Part shown: one piece after another, positions 35,170-35,360 of the stretch
Layout of the letters: every line of letters starts with the position of its first letter
How positions within the stretch are numbered: position 1 is the first letter of the stretch
From: Thermoprotei archaeon
GTDB taxonomy: Archaea; Thermoproteota; Thermoprotei_A; Sulfolobales; Fervidicoccaceae
Assembly: GCA_022759165.1 (NCBI GenBank)
Contig: JAEMPT010000082.1
Coordinates: 1 to 35,360, forward strand
Direction: 5' to 3'
DNA: 35,360 nucleotides
The notes under the pieces: generated by a model
What the model saw: the letters and a program-made list of their open reading frames with translations, nothing else
Told to the model about the DNA's origin: nothing
Database searches by the model: none
Program-made: the position numbers and the translations under genes

Positions 35170-35198
35170 TAAAAAGGATATCTAAAATATTTAATTTT

Positions 35199-35220
35199 CG
35201 ACCAGCTTACGACCAGCTTA
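35199..35220. repeat. Perfect tandem direct repeat, 2 x CGACCAGCTTA
   Basis: Read directly: cgaccagctta (35199-35209) followed by cgaccagctta (35210-35220). It lies next to the AT box AAATATTTAATTTT (35184-35197), 30-50 nt upstream of the minus-strand ORF start at 35169. Confidence 0.9.
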
Positions 35221-35360
35221 ATTGGGAACATCTCAAAAAGCTTAAAGCTCCTTAACGCTTTTAAAAATAACGAGGGTTGCTTATATCTGATAATTATGAC
35301 CCCTGGAAATATCTAAAACATGCGATTATCTTACAACTGAAAGCCTCGCCATTTATGGCG

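Noticed and set aside
35347-35360. Inverted repeat CGCCAT-TT-ATGGCG at the very end of the window
   Set aside because: It is cut off by the window edge, so its context (tRNA, terminator or operator) cannot be evaluated.
1-35360. Mobile elements, prophage, defence islands or CRISPR arrays
   Set aside because: I recognised no integrase, transposase, Cas, restriction or toxin-antitoxin-like ORF. There are no spaced direct repeats, no flanking tRNA and no abrupt compositional shift apart from the structured RNA.

Overview
Densely packed archaeal chromosomal window with about 37 protein genes, one clear structured RNA and two weaker small-RNA candidates. Archaeal markers are aIF1A, aIF2-beta, NMD3, Rio1, ABCE1, a PolB2-type polymerase and an archaeal-type RNase P RNA. 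Coding GC is roughly mid-40s %, while the RNase P RNA is conspicuously GC-rich, which suggests a thermophile. TTG/GTG starts, GGTGA-like SD sites and TATA-like AT boxes are common. The taxon cannot be fixed from sequence alone. I saw no CRISPR array, integrase, transposase, tRNA or rRNA. Gene order, left to right: glutamate dehydrogenase (-); APC permease with USP-like tail and a CaCA-type antiporter (+); a three-gene PolB2 module (+); a convergent degenerate GHMP-like ORF (-); DUF72, a sugar-phosphate nucleotidyltransferase and an M32 carboxypeptidase (+); an M29 aminopeptidase, a CDF transporter, a secreted/anchored protein and an H+-pyrophosphatase (-); two tandem Fe-siderophore/B12-type ABC importer operons (+); a short beta-CASP metallo-beta-lactamase nuclease plus an unknown partner (+); a nikM-(PDGLE)-Q-O-nikR nickel ECF-type operon (-); RNase P RNA (-). 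The window ends with a long minus-strand translation and ribosome-biogenesis cluster: ABCE1, KH/Dim2, Rio1, aIF1A, NMD3, DUF424-like, aIF2-beta, a NOG1-like GTPase and a small membrane protein. The best candidate for an uncharacterised system is the PolB2 module at 4841-7432. It combines a RadA paralogue lacking a P-loop, a 75-aa helical protein, and a miniaturised family B polymerase without exonuclease motifs and with an altered motif C. As I recall, this gene association has been noted computationally but has no established mechanism. Secondary leads are the beta-CASP nuclease plus unknown partner, two C/D-box-like elements, and an RNase P RNA whose promoter seems to lie inside the last codons of ABCE1.
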